Positions 25,038 through 33,135 of a DNA stretch of 45,537 nucleotides are shown piece after piece. Location of the stretch: positions 1 to 45,537 of the IMG/VR virus record IMGVR_UViG_3300043220_000053, one strand, 5' to 3'. Position 1 is the first letter of the stretch. Every line of letters begins with the position of its first letter. The notes under the pieces were generated by a model. The model was not told the DNA's origin. It did not search any database and saw only the letters and a program-made list of their open reading frames with translations. Made by a program: the position numbers and the translations under genes. Origin of the DNA: a virus (lineage: Duplodnaviria > Caudoviricetes).

Positions 25038-25766
25038 TCAGTTTCCCAATTTATCCCTTATGGCCTGAACCGCGTCCTCATCCGTGTAGTCACCACCCGG
25101 CGCCTTGATGAGTTCCCTGAGCCGCCATATCCAGTTGGTCACCGTCCTCTTGGGGCCAACCTCGTTGCCGCCGTCGTCCATCTGCTTGAAGCCCATTGTC
25201 TCAACGGCCTTCAGGAACCGGCGGTTAAACTCTTCGTCGTTCATATTGTCCTCCAATTCGTTGATTAGCCGGAACTTTGCGTTCCAGGGGTTACGCCCCG
25301 AAGGGCAGCTAGTGGCCGAGAGCCAGTTGTGCTCCCACATATTCAGCCGAAGAGTCGGGGGATTGGCCCCAAACGACGGGCAAAGCGCACGACAAACAAC
25401 GTCTATCTTGGCGCTCCAGTGTAGCTGATTCTCTGTCCACGGCTCGCCCGCTACGCCCTCGTGCTCCTTGCCTATCAACGTCAGGTTGCCGATCAACGAG
25501 GTGTCCTGCCGCCGGTCGCCCATGATGCCAGCGTGCCAGGGTATCTTCGTCAATTCGTAGTGCTGTAAAGGCTCGCTCCACTTAGGGAGGAAGAACGTCC
25601 ACGAGGAGTTTTCAGGCCCATCCAACACTCCCATCGCCGCAGACAGAGGCCCTTCTGCACTGTGATCTACCACGCCCTCAATCTGCGCTAAAGTGCGGTC
25701 GCCTGTGCCGTAGCCGGTTTTCCATGATGGCCCAGGGCGGCGACGGCAGAAACTGAGCCAGGTCAC
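25038..25766 (-). CDS. Endolysin, N-acetylmuramoyl-L-alanine amidase (Amidase_2)
   Basis: Zn-amidase motifs VDHSAEG, WHAG, IGKEHEG, EHNWLSATSCP. Confidence 0.85.
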   Translation of the reverse strand: MTWLSFCRRRPGPSWKTGYGTGDRTLAQIEGVVDHSAEGPLSAAMGVLDGPENSSWTFFLPKWSEPLQHYELTKIPWHAGIMGDRRQDTSLIGNLTLIGKEHEGVAGEPWTENQLHWSAKIDVVCRALCPSFGANPPTLRLNMWEHNWLSATSCPSGRNPWNAKFRLINELEDNMNDEEFNRRFLKAVETMGFKQMDDGGNEVGPKRTVTNWIWRLRELIKAPGGDYTDEDAVQAIRDKLGN

Positions 25767-25999
25767 AGCACCATCACCGCATCGTCGCGGAAGTACGGCT
25801 CTACCCCAAACAGACTAAGGTCAACTCGCGCCCTATGCCACGGGCGCATCTTCAACAGTACGGCCTCAGTATGCTTACAGCCACCGTCTTTGCGGTAGTG
25901 GCGCTTCCGGCCAAAGCAGACAAGGCTGTGTCGGATGCGAGCGCCGCGACCATCAGAGAAGAGGAAGATCATCTCTTTCTTGTCACCGAGCAAAATCAT
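25763..25999 (-). CDS. Hypothetical protein
   Basis: Strong RBS GGAGG; coupled to the endolysin. Confidence 0.55.
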   Translation of the reverse strand: MILLGDKKEMIFLFSDGRGARIRHSLVCFGRKRHYRKDGGCKHTEAVLLKMRPWHRARVDLSLFGVEPYFRDDAVMVL

Positions 26000-26193
26000 T
26001 CCTCCTCCTCCTCCTCCCCGTTCAGGGCGCTCAGCGCCTCCTCACATTTCGTCATGGCACCACTCTTCCACAATGACAGCAAATGAATTTATCGCCATTG
26101 CTAAGACAGAAACAGTGTCCAGATAGCCAGCATTGTAGGCTCATCGTCCTTCCTCTTCGGGCGTGGCGGCGATGGCGTCAATTATCTGCTCCT

Positions 26194-26670
26194 TCACGGG
26201 CACCCCGCCACGAACTGAAGGCTAGAGCGGTTTACAATCTCACCCCAACCTCCAATCTTCCAAACCCGCCTGCTTCCTTCGTTTGTGAACGTCAGCGTCG
26301 GGAACTGCTCACCGTCAAGGCGGGGCAACTTCTGACATATCGCCACGCCCTCATAGGTGTTGTCACCCCAGGTCAAGGTCTGGCTGACAGGCCCCGCGTT
26401 CTTGCCGCCGCGCTTGGCCCAGAATACGAACGCGGCCAAGCCACGGCCCGACCCGTCACAGATGGGAGCCTGGGGCGTGTACGTGACCGTCTCCCCAGCG
26501 GCTAGAGTTCCTGATAGCTTCCACCTAAGCCGATCATCCTCGCCTACACAGCCGTTTAGGTTCACGTCATGGAATCGCTCTGTGACGGTGAACGGCTCCG
26601 GCGAGGGCTTGGCCCAAACGACCGTCAGACTGAGGGTGAGAATGAGCACTGCTATCACTACGGCCCTCAC
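26194..26670 (-). CDS. Secreted protein with a signal peptide
   Basis: MRAVVIAVLILTLSLTVVWA, followed by a beta-rich domain with 4 Cys. Confidence 0.65.
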   Translation of the reverse strand: MRAVVIAVLILTLSLTVVWAKPSPEPFTVTERFHDVNLNGCVGEDDRLRWKLSGTLAAGETVTYTPQAPICDGSGRGLAAFVFWAKRGGKNAGPVSQTLTWGDNTYEGVAICQKLPRLDGEQFPTLTFTNEGSRRVWKIGGWGEIVNRSSLQFVAGCP

Positions 26671-26698
26671 GGCTTACCCCCAGGGGCGCAGAGAAAAG

Positions 26699-26902
26699 TC
26701 ACCGCCAAATGACTCCCTTCCCACTACAGACGCGACACTGGACGGGCGAGGTGTCACTCGATACCCCACCTGTGTAGAATCCTGCATGGACAGAACCACG
26801 CCCCTCACAAACGGGACAGCAATAGGGCTGCTCACGGTGAATGAAAAGCGGTAGGGGTTGATCAGCCGCCGAAGATAGTGTCGGGGCCGTGCTCTTGCTC
26901 AT
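26699..26902 (-). CDS. DnaJ-type Zn-finger microprotein
   Basis: CPVCEGRG...CRVCSGKG. Confidence 0.7.
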   Translation of the reverse strand: MSKSTAPTLSSAADQPLPLFIHREQPYCCPVCEGRGSVHAGFYTGGVSSDTSPVQCRVCSGKGVIWR

Positions 26903-27198
26903 CGCCTACTCCTGACTACTCGCTCCGCCTCAGCCACCGCGGGCAGGCCGTCGCCCTTGACGGGGATGAGTTCGGGGCGCAGGTAGAATTCGGGGATGGG
27001 GGGCAAAGAACTCAGTGACGATGCCGAGGAATCGTGCCCTATTCTCGCTTCGGGCAGGGGCGGGCGTTCACCAATACGAGAGCCCCCGTCGTCCTCAGCA
27101 CCATCACTCAACCCTCTGCCCCGTGGCTCAGGGCGCTTGCCATACACCGCTTCTACCCAGCCCATATAGATACCCAGGATCACCAAAGCAAACAGCAT
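26899..27198 (-). CDS. Membrane-anchored hypothetical protein carrying a structured insert
   Basis: N-terminal TM; contains element copy 1 in frame. Confidence 0.5.
   Translation of the reverse strand: MLFALVILGIYMGWVEAVYGKRPEPRGRGLSDGAEDDGGSRIGERPPLPEARIGHDSSASSLSSLPPIPEFYLRPELIPVKGDGLPAVAEAERVVRSRR
27014..27108 (-). other. Structured inverted-repeat element, copy 1
   Basis: 17-bp closing stem with 3 G-U pairs on the minus-strand RNA and two internal hairpins. Confidence 0.7.
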
Positions 27199-27270
27199 AG
27201 TAGACCCTGGAGGGAAGTGTAGCGAAGAATTAGCGGTTAGTCAATTGGCGGGGCTCAGTCACGCGGGTTC

Positions 27271-27477
27271 TCACATTCCAATGTCTACCACATTTATCTC
27301 GTGTTCACCGCAATATCGGCAGTAGCCCTCGTCGTCTAAGTCGTGCCCAAAGAACCAGCACTCGTTCCCACGCATCGTCGCCCATATATTGAACAGCCGC
27401 CATGACCCTACCGGCGGCTCTCCCCACCAAAGCGTAGGAGGAAAGTCAGGCGGGATGGGGTAAGACCTAGCTATCAT
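27271..27477 (-). CDS. Hypothetical protein with a CxxxGH...CxxC motif
   Basis: CWFFGHD...CRYCG. Confidence 0.55.
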   Translation of the reverse strand: MIARSYPIPPDFPPTLWWGEPPVGSWRLFNIWATMRGNECWFFGHDLDDEGYCRYCGEHEINVVDIGM

Positions 27478-27718
27478 GTGATGGGCTCTCCCCAAGGGCA
27501 GCGGTGGCGGCCTCTAACTCCCTCGTAGAAGGTTGTGCGCCTTTGCCCGTTGCCCAATGGCCTTCGTGTAGCTCGTCACATGACCCACACTTCCGGTTGT
27601 CACAGCGAGGTTGCAGGGCCACTTGCAGTCCCTCCAGGATGGCGATATAGTCAACGCAGTTCTCCAGCGGATGGCCGAGTTCATCCCGAAAACCGTATCT
27701 TTCGAGTGGGTTATTCAT
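27467..27718 (-). CDS. Hypothetical protein
   Basis: RBS GGAG before MNNPLERYGFRDELGHPLENCVDY. Confidence 0.6.
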   Translation of the reverse strand: MNNPLERYGFRDELGHPLENCVDYIAILEGLQVALQPRCDNRKCGSCDELHEGHWATGKGAQPSTRELEAATAALGESPSHDS

Positions 27719-28353
27719 TCCTTCTCCTCCCCTGGGGCTAGGGCAGCACGGGCAGCAGCTACGAGTAGATCCAGCCTCTTGGGCCAAACGTAGCGGGCGT
27801 CGCCTTCGTAATCCCCCTCAACCTCATAGTTCACGAGGAGACCGTCTTCCCCAGCGTTCGCCAACCCTGCAATGTCTATCAGGGCAAGCCAATCATGCTG
27901 CTCAACCGCTTGGGTGAATCGCCGCAGCCTCTCCCCTTGGGCCAGCAGCGCCGCAGCAGCCAGAGAGGTGTCGGATAGGGCGTCCCAAGCCTTTTTGCAT
28001 TGAGGCGAACATTCGCCGTGACTCTCAAAATATGCACGACAGCCTACAAAATGATTGGGGGACTCATCTGGCCCCAACCTGAAGCCCTCCAGCGCCTCCG
28101 CCAGCACCACCTCCCGCGCTGCCGGTATGGGCTGGGCTAGGAAGGCTTCCGCCTCTTCGTATGGTGCACAATCACACCGAGATTCGATATTCGTCACGGT
28201 CGCACGGCAATCCTCGCTGTGATATACGAACCGCTCCAGCAGCCTTCGCGCCTCATCACTCATGAGAACCATCCTATGATTGTCGGCAGGCGTATCATCG
28301 CCACGAGTAAGACGATAGCAATTAACAGCCACTCCCAACGGCTTATCTTCCAA
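27715..28353 (-). CDS. Hypothetical Cys/His protein
   Basis: 212-aa ORF with HxxxC...CxC motifs; start position uncertain. Confidence 0.6.
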   Translation of the reverse strand: MEDKPLGVAVNCYRLTRGDDTPADNHRMVLMSDEARRLLERFVYHSEDCRATVTNIESRCDCAPYEEAEAFLAQPIPAAREVVLAEALEGFRLGPDESPNHFVGCRAYFESHGECSPQCKKAWDALSDTSLAAAALLAQGERLRRFTQAVEQHDWLALIDIAGLANAGEDGLLVNYEVEGDYEGDARYVWPKRLDLLVAAARAALAPGEEKE

Positions 28354-28412
28354 GGGCTCATCGGCTCTCCTTCTCCTTTAGCGCCTCCCGCGCTGCCGCA
28401 GCCTTCAGCGCC

Positions 28413-29015
28413 TCACCGCATTTCGTCATGGCCGTGCCTGCTTTCCTGCAACCAGCGGAAGCCGCTATTGCCTTTATGGTGTCCATCGTGCCCTTCGGGT
28501 CTCGTACACCAATCCTCGGCTACTACCCTGCAAGGGTTCTTAGCCGCCACCTCTCCCTCCTTCTCTCTCGCCTCTTCGGGCGTGGCGTCGATGGCGGCAC
28601 GGGCCGACACCACGGGAGGCCAGCCGCTAGGACAATCGTTCTTGGTAAGGCCAAAGTGTTGCAGTACGGCCTCCAGCTTCCCCTGCGCCTCAGCCAACGC
28701 CGCTTCAAGGGCAGGCACCCTTCCCGCACAACAGCCAAGCTCAGGTTTTCCCACCCGCGAGTTCTCCTTCTGCCGCAACTCCTCAATCCACACAGCTTCC
28801 GCGACTTGACGAGACAGCTCCTCTATCTTCCCCTGCGCCTCAGCCAACTGGACTTTCATCTCTTTGTACTGTTCCCCGACACCTTTATATCCAGCAAGGA
28901 ACCAGGCCACCTTCTTCTGCTCCACGTCCAACTGGCGCTCAAGGTCGGCGCGTGATGCGGTCTCAGGTAGCATCGTCCTCTTTACCTCTGAGAGAGGTCT
29001 CGTTCGCTCGCTCAT
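28413..29015 (-). CDS. Coiled-coil hypothetical protein
   Basis: RBS AAGGAGG; two LAEAQGK repeats; C-terminal C..CTRPEGHDGHH. Confidence 0.7.
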   Translation of the reverse strand: MSERTRPLSEVKRTMLPETASRADLERQLDVEQKKVAWFLAGYKGVGEQYKEMKVQLAEAQGKIEELSRQVAEAVWIEELRQKENSRVGKPELGCCAGRVPALEAALAEAQGKLEAVLQHFGLTKNDCPSGWPPVVSARAAIDATPEEAREKEGEVAAKNPCRVVAEDWCTRPEGHDGHHKGNSGFRWLQESRHGHDEMR

Positions 29016-29311
29016 TCGTCCTCCTTGGTGCCGCGCAGGATGGCATCACCGAAGCCGCAAGTGCAAGGCTTTTCGTCCAGACTACAGGTATTATCTCGCC
29101 GCCACTTACAAGGCCCAATGTGGTTCCCGTACTCCTCCAGCTTCCCCTGCGCCTCCTCCAGCGCCTCCAAGGCAGTCTTTAATCTGCGTTCCAAATGGGA
29201 CAAGGTACAGTGATGACAGGTTTGCGTTGCAATCACCGTGCCGTTGGGAGACACCCAAGACTCTCCGTCACATTTAGCGTGGCCGCAATCCTGGCCTGCT
29301 TGCTCATCCAT
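29012..29311 (-). CDS. Cys-rich coiled-coil protein
   Basis: CGH...CHHC, LEEAQGK, H...C...CTCG. Confidence 0.65.
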   Translation of the reverse strand: MDEQAGQDCGHAKCDGESWVSPNGTVIATQTCHHCTLSHLERRLKTALEALEEAQGKLEEYGNHIGPCKWRRDNTCSLDEKPCTCGFGDAILRGTKEDE

Positions 29312-29353
29312 TGTTCGCCGCCTCGCACCGCTTACGGGCCGCTTGTATATCCA

Positions 29354-29731
29354 TCATGAAATGTCCTTATACTGAACCAACTCCACAATGACTTTCTTCT
29401 CTGGCCCACGCTCCCACTTTGGCTCCGCGATCTTGAGCTTGTCGTGGGAGTCATCCTCCAACACCCCCACCTCCACAAGGGCGTCCCATAGTGGTTTCAG
29501 CATGGCGAGGTGGTTGTCCGAGTCCCTTCTCCGCTTGTCCGTCACCACAAACGTCACCTGGGCCGTGATAGGAGGTTTTTGACGAGGCCCAATCGTCTGA
29601 TTCTCGCCACGCAGCACAAGCACCCATCCACAATCCGCCTTATATTGCGCCTTAACCTTCGCCAGCGTCCGCCAATGTACCCTCGCGTTCGGGGACAACT
29701 CTCTCGGAGGCCAGGGAAACTCGTACCTCAC
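29354..29731 (-). CDS. rusA: RusA-like Holliday junction resolvase
   Basis: PWPPRELSPN...DKRRRDSDN..KPLWDALV..GVLEDD. Confidence 0.85.
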   Translation of the reverse strand: MRYEFPWPPRELSPNARVHWRTLAKVKAQYKADCGWVLVLRGENQTIGPRQKPPITAQVTFVVTDKRRRDSDNHLAMLKPLWDALVEVGVLEDDSHDKLKIAEPKWERGPEKKVIVELVQYKDIS

Positions 29732-29952
29732 GGCTTTACCCTATCCGAGCCCATTGGCGCGTTGATGTCACAGGGGCGCTCGTACACCCAAACTGTGCAA
29801 TGGCCGTACCCGTGTGGTTTAAGTGATCTCGCGTAAGCGTGCTTCTTTCGACACCGCCCAATCCCACACCGAGCAGGGCCGAGACGAATCTCATGCACAG
29901 GCCATCCCCGATTCTCAATCCAGTCACGGATAAGGTCGTGAATGTCAGCCAT
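29728..29952 (-). CDS. Hypothetical protein
   Basis: In operon register; Cys/His motifs. Confidence 0.5.
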   Translation of the reverse strand: MADIHDLIRDWIENRGWPVHEIRLGPARCGIGRCRKKHAYARSLKPHGYGHCTVWVYERPCDINAPMGSDRVKP

Positions 29953-30178
29953 CCCAAATCCTCTCTTGCTCATCATCAATAGACGGCTTCTTCATCGGCT
30001 TGGAGTTATAGTCGGGGTATTTGTGGTTCTCGTACTCTCTCTCCCGTCCGCACTTTTTGCATTTTCCAATAGAAATTGGCCCGTTTGGCATCTCAATGAT
30101 GAAATGGTGGACACACGATTCCGAGACAGGAGCCTGCGGCGTCATCGAATGCCTGCCCATCTCTTTAGCAAGGCCCAT
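29945..30178 (-). CDS. Zn-ribbon protein (CxHHxIIExPNG...CKKCG)
   Basis: CVHHFIIEMPNGPISIGKCKKCGREREYEN. Confidence 0.7.
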   Translation of the reverse strand: MGLAKEMGRHSMTPQAPVSESCVHHFIIEMPNGPISIGKCKKCGREREYENHKYPDYNSKPMKKPSIDDEQERIWDG

Positions 30179-30378
30179 TCAGCCGACTTATAGCCCGCCG
30201 CCCACTCCGCCAGCGGGAATGTCGAATCGATGTCTCCGTAGGCGAACACATAGCAAGTAGGGTCTCGATCTCGCGCCTTCCACAGCAGAAACATCAACTC
30301 CGCTGCGGCGAGTGCCGCTGTTGGAGCGTTAGTGTAGATAGCGACCCGTTTGCCCGATCCCAAAAACTCCGCTCTCAC
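30142..30378 (-). CDS. Hypothetical protein
   Basis: 78-aa ORF in operon register. Confidence 0.5.
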   Translation of the reverse strand: MRAEFLGSGKRVAIYTNAPTAALAAAELMFLLWKARDRDPTCYVFAYGDIDSTFPLAEWAAGYKSAEWALLKRWAGIR

Positions 30379-30394
30379 GTCGCCTTTTCTCCCT

Positions 30395-31012
30395 TCACCA
30401 ACAATCCCAAGGCCCCCAGCCTCGCTCTAGCCAGATTTCGAACGCCCAAGCCGTGTTCACTTCGGGGTTCATCCACTCGCTCCAGAAGTTGGGCCATCTG
30501 TAGGCGTGGATGGCGTGGATTTGGAACAGGCCGAAGGATTCACCTGTCCACGAGACAGCCCCAGACGTCCAGACACTCTCGCAATCCACGATGGCGAACG
30601 CCTCGTTGATGGGCCAGTCGTAGGCAGCGATGATTTCTCTAAGAGCGGCGTAGGAGACAGTGTAGGAGACAACCGATAGCTCTCGCCGAGCTTCACCGTC
30701 CGAATATCCTTCAAGGTTATCCTCGGCGGCGGCAACTCGTGTGCGTCCTTGTGAGGGCAACGGAGTCGGTGAAGGAACGAGAACATCTAGGGCCTCTTCT
30801 TGTCGCAATACGAACACACTCTTCGTACCCATCCGTTCCATGTCTTGCACTCCGGACAAACCCAACCCTCCGGCGGTTCCATCGTTCTCTCCTCTCAGCC
30901 CCAGGGTCAGCCCCACAATCATCCCCGCCGTGAGGCAGGCTACCAGGAACAGTCTTGCATCAACGCGGTTCTTGCTCCTTGAGGACTGTATGGACGTAGC
31001 AGGCCACTCCAC
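30395..31012 (-). CDS. Membrane-anchored lytic transglycosylase (SLT/lysozyme-like)
   Basis: IVDCES, GLFQI, NPEVN, GWGPW; N-terminal TM. Confidence 0.8.
   Translation of the reverse strand: MEWPATSIQSSRSKNRVDARLFLVACLTAGMIVGLTLGLRGENDGTAGGLGLSGVQDMERMGTKSVFVLRQEEALDVLVPSPTPLPSQGRTRVAAAEDNLEGYSDGEARRELSVVSYTVSYAALREIIAAYDWPINEAFAIVDCESVWTSGAVSWTGESFGLFQIHAIHAYRWPNFWSEWMNPEVNTAWAFEIWLERGWGPWDCW
30787..30882 (-). CDS. Nested RanBP2-type Zn finger (31 aa) in an alternate frame
   Basis: RBS GAGGAG; MEPPEGWVCPECKTWNGWVRRVCSYCDKKRP. Confidence 0.65.
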   Translation of the reverse strand: MEPPEGWVCPECKTWNGWVRRVCSYCDKKRP

Positions 31013-31244
31013 ACTCGTCCGCCGCGCTCTTCACCGCTCGGAGCATGAGATAGGCGTGAGCTACATCCTCAGACTGCCCACCCGACAGCTTTCGCAGACT
31101 CTTCAACTGGCGCTCAAGGTTAATCGCATCACAAGCGGGACAGGTATAGTCATCGCCACCGTCGCCATGAATGGCGTCAAACGTGAAGGCGCAGACAGGA
31201 CATACCACTGAACGCACAGATTCCTCAACTACCCACTCACTCAT
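30960..31244 (-). CDS. Zn-ribbon protein
   Basis: RBS AAGGAGG; CPVC...CPAC. Confidence 0.7.
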   Translation of the reverse strand: MSEWVVEESVRSVVCPVCAFTFDAIHGDGGDDYTCPACDAINLERQLKSLRKLSGGQSEDVAHAYLMLRAVKSAADECGVACYVHTVLKEQEPR

Positions 31245-31272
31245 TACGCCTCCTTCCCCATCACGAAATGCA

Positions 31273-31457
31273 CCAACTTCCCCCTAACCGTAATAATTCC
31301 TATAAGACAGAGTAGAAAGGTCATGAACCACTAGGTTCTCTGTTTACGGTTCTATATGACGGTTCCGCGTGAAGCAGCTTCCCCCCATTCGACGCCAACT
31401 TCCCCCCATCTGCATCAACTTCCCCCCTTTCATCATTAGAGGAAGATTCTTCCCCCC
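31273..31457. repeat. Iteron-like (CAA)CTTCCCCC(C) repeats; putative replication origin
   Basis: Five copies near 31273, 31375, 31395, 31415 and 31447, in or just after the initiator gene. Confidence 0.65.
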
Positions 31458-31764
31458 ATCCGCGCAAATAGAATGACCGCCTCTCAAAATCACCCTGTTC
31501 CAAGATGCGCTGCGCCTTCAATTGCCGCCTCGTAGAGAAGCCGCGTCGCCCAGGCTCAATAACTCGCAGCCATCCGTCTTCTTCCAGGGCCTGAAGGTGA
31601 GGTGTCACCGAGCGGACGCTTAAAGAACACCGTTGAGCGATATACTCCCTTGAGGGCCAGCACAAACCATACTGATCCGCGTTCTCACACAGAGAAACCA
31701 ATACTAATTTCCGTGTTGGCGGTAGAGCTAGCCATAGCGCTGCTGCTACAAGATCAATGCTCAC
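31321..31764 (-). CDS. Replication initiator with an N-terminal winged HTH (HTH_36-like)
   Basis: MSIDLV...KLVLVSLCENAD..GLCWPSREYIAQRCSLSVRSV..HL..LE..G; internal iterons. Confidence 0.75.
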   Translation of the reverse strand: MSIDLVAAALWLALPPTRKLVLVSLCENADQYGLCWPSREYIAQRCSLSVRSVTPHLQALEEDGWLRVIEPGRRGFSTRRQLKAQRILEQGDFERRSFYLRGWGEESSSNDERGEVDADGGKLASNGGKLLHAEPSYRTVNREPSGS

Positions 31765-32047
31765 GGGCCAGTGTCCTTCCCACTCCATTGAGACTGAACA
31801 GCCATGAGTGCTCACAGCCGTTCTTCGTTCGCCAGCCGCCGTCACATTTTCGGCAGCGGAACCAAGATTCAGGCACGTAGACATATCGTGGCGCTAGACA
31901 TTTACAGTGGCGGTTCGCATGATGGCTGACGGAGCCGTGGGCCATTTGGAGATCGCGCCCAATTTCCGAAACCCTGAACCCTTTCGACAATTTGTCGTCA
32001 ATTCGCTCATGGAGTTTTAGCGCCTTCGCCGTGGTACCCCTTCTCAT
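31754..32047 (-). CDS. HTH plus Zn-finger protein
   Basis: GFRVSEIGRDLQMAHGSVSHH, then CKC and CRKC. Confidence 0.65.
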   Translation of the reverse strand: MRRGTTAKALKLHERIDDKLSKGFRVSEIGRDLQMAHGSVSHHANRHCKCLAPRYVYVPESWFRCRKCDGGWRTKNGCEHSWLFSLNGVGRTLAREH

Positions 32048-33135
32048 CCCTGATCTCCTAGCCACGTCAGGTAAGCCCTCACAGCCCCCTTTGGTCGTGG
32101 CCTATCAGTTGGCTGGGGCCAGTCTTCCAAGCCCTCTAGCAGCTTCTCCATCGGCCACCGTTTGACCTTCGGCTTTGCCGTCAGAAGCCCTTCCACCACC
32201 ATCTCCTCCCGTAGGCGTTTTACCGTCCACTCTTCGTTAAATGCGCGCTCCAGCCACGCCTCCTGCGTCTCAAAGTCAAACCCATCCACCACGTCATGGA
32301 GGGCAAAACTCGCTTCAGGATGACGTCTCTTGGGCGGGATACGCTTGCAGACCCGCATGACGTTACGCAACGAGGGGTAGGTGTAGCCAAACTCATTAGC
32401 ATACAGGTTCCAGAAGTCCTCTCCTAGCTCGTCTTCCCACTGATTCGCGGTATCCCCAGCCCGCCATTGTCTCTGGAGTTGGGCGTCCCTTATCTCTTGA
32501 GCGATTGCTACACGCTGTTCGTGGGTTAGAACCAAGACAGGATCGCCGCGCTGAACGCCAATGCCACTCCTAGCCAGTGGAGGTAATGTGTCCAATGTCG
32601 CGTCTTCGCTTTGGGGCTCCAACTGTACGCCAGCATCATCAGCCCTGCCCCTACCATCGCCAGATTTAAGGCCATCGCTTTCCTCCTCTCCAGCGCTGGG
32701 TGACGATGCCGAGGGTTGACCTTCCGACCTAGCCTCAAGCGGCTCCGGAACCTCGGCAGAGCCCAGGGGCTCTTGTCGGCCAGAAGGAACCTTTGAATCC
32801 GTCTCTCCCTCAGCACCATCACTCAGAACTGGACGCTCTATCAGTATCTTACCGTGTAAGTCCCAGGCTATATATTTTCTACCAAGGTCACGATTTCCCC
32901 AATCGCCGTTATCGATTCTGTCGTGGCACGTCGGACAGAGGATGGCGACTATCTTTGACTTGGGGTTGTTGCCGCCCATCCCCTTCTTCGGGAAGTGTTG
33001 ATGTGTCGGTTTGTCTCGCCAGTGCTCTACGTCAGGTATCCCCAAACACCAAGGAACATGAATCTCCTCGTTGTCCGGCCAGGGACACTCTTTGACGGAG
33101 CACTTGAAGCGCAGGGATTGGCCGGTGACGGTCAC
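32044..33135 (-). CDS. HNH-like domain fused through a long linker to an LmbU-like DNA-binding domain
   Basis: HQH...GMGG...LCPTCHDRID; QWRAGD...SLRNVMRVC...SF..H..V...WL..A..E.WTV..LR. Confidence 0.7.
   Translation of the reverse strand: MTVTGQSLRFKCSVKECPWPDNEEIHVPWCLGIPDVEHWRDKPTHQHFPKKGMGGNNPKSKIVAILCPTCHDRIDNGDWGNRDLGRKYIAWDLHGKILIERPVLSDGAEGETDSKVPSGRQEPLGSAEVPEPLEARSEGQPSASSPSAGEEESDGLKSGDGRGRADDAGVQLEPQSEDATLDTLPPLARSGIGVQRGDPVLVLTHEQRVAIAQEIRDAQLQRQWRAGDTANQWEDELGEDFWNLYANEFGYTYPSLRNVMRVCKRIPPKRRHPEASFALHDVVDGFDFETQEAWLERAFNEEWTVKRLREEMVVEGLLTAKPKVKRWPMEKLLEGLEDWPQPTDRPRPKGAVRAYLTWLGDQG
32526..32675 (-). CDS. Nested two-TM microprotein (49 aa) in an alternate frame
   Basis: RBS GAGGAGG; MALNLAMVGAGLMMLAYSW...WLGVALAFSAAILSWF. 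Confidence 0.55.
   Translation of the reverse strand: MALNLAMVGAGLMMLAYSWSPKAKTRHWTHYLHWLGVALAFSAAILSWF
32700..32822 (-). other. Structured inverted-repeat element, copy 2
   Basis: Same closing arms as copy 1, plus an inner 10-bp stem and hairpins. Confidence 0.7.

Noticed and set aside
25766-25777. Third copy of the structured element (CAGCACCATCAC)
   Set aside because: Only 12 nt of one arm match and I found no partner arm nearby
27014-27108. tRNA gene for this element or the stems at 35242-35424
   Set aside because: No T-loop GTTC/D-loop consensus or 7-bp acceptor geometry
30095-30106. Motif variant CATTTCATCATT
   Set aside because: Mid-gene and explained by His-Phe-Ile-Ile codons of a conserved peptide, so not counted
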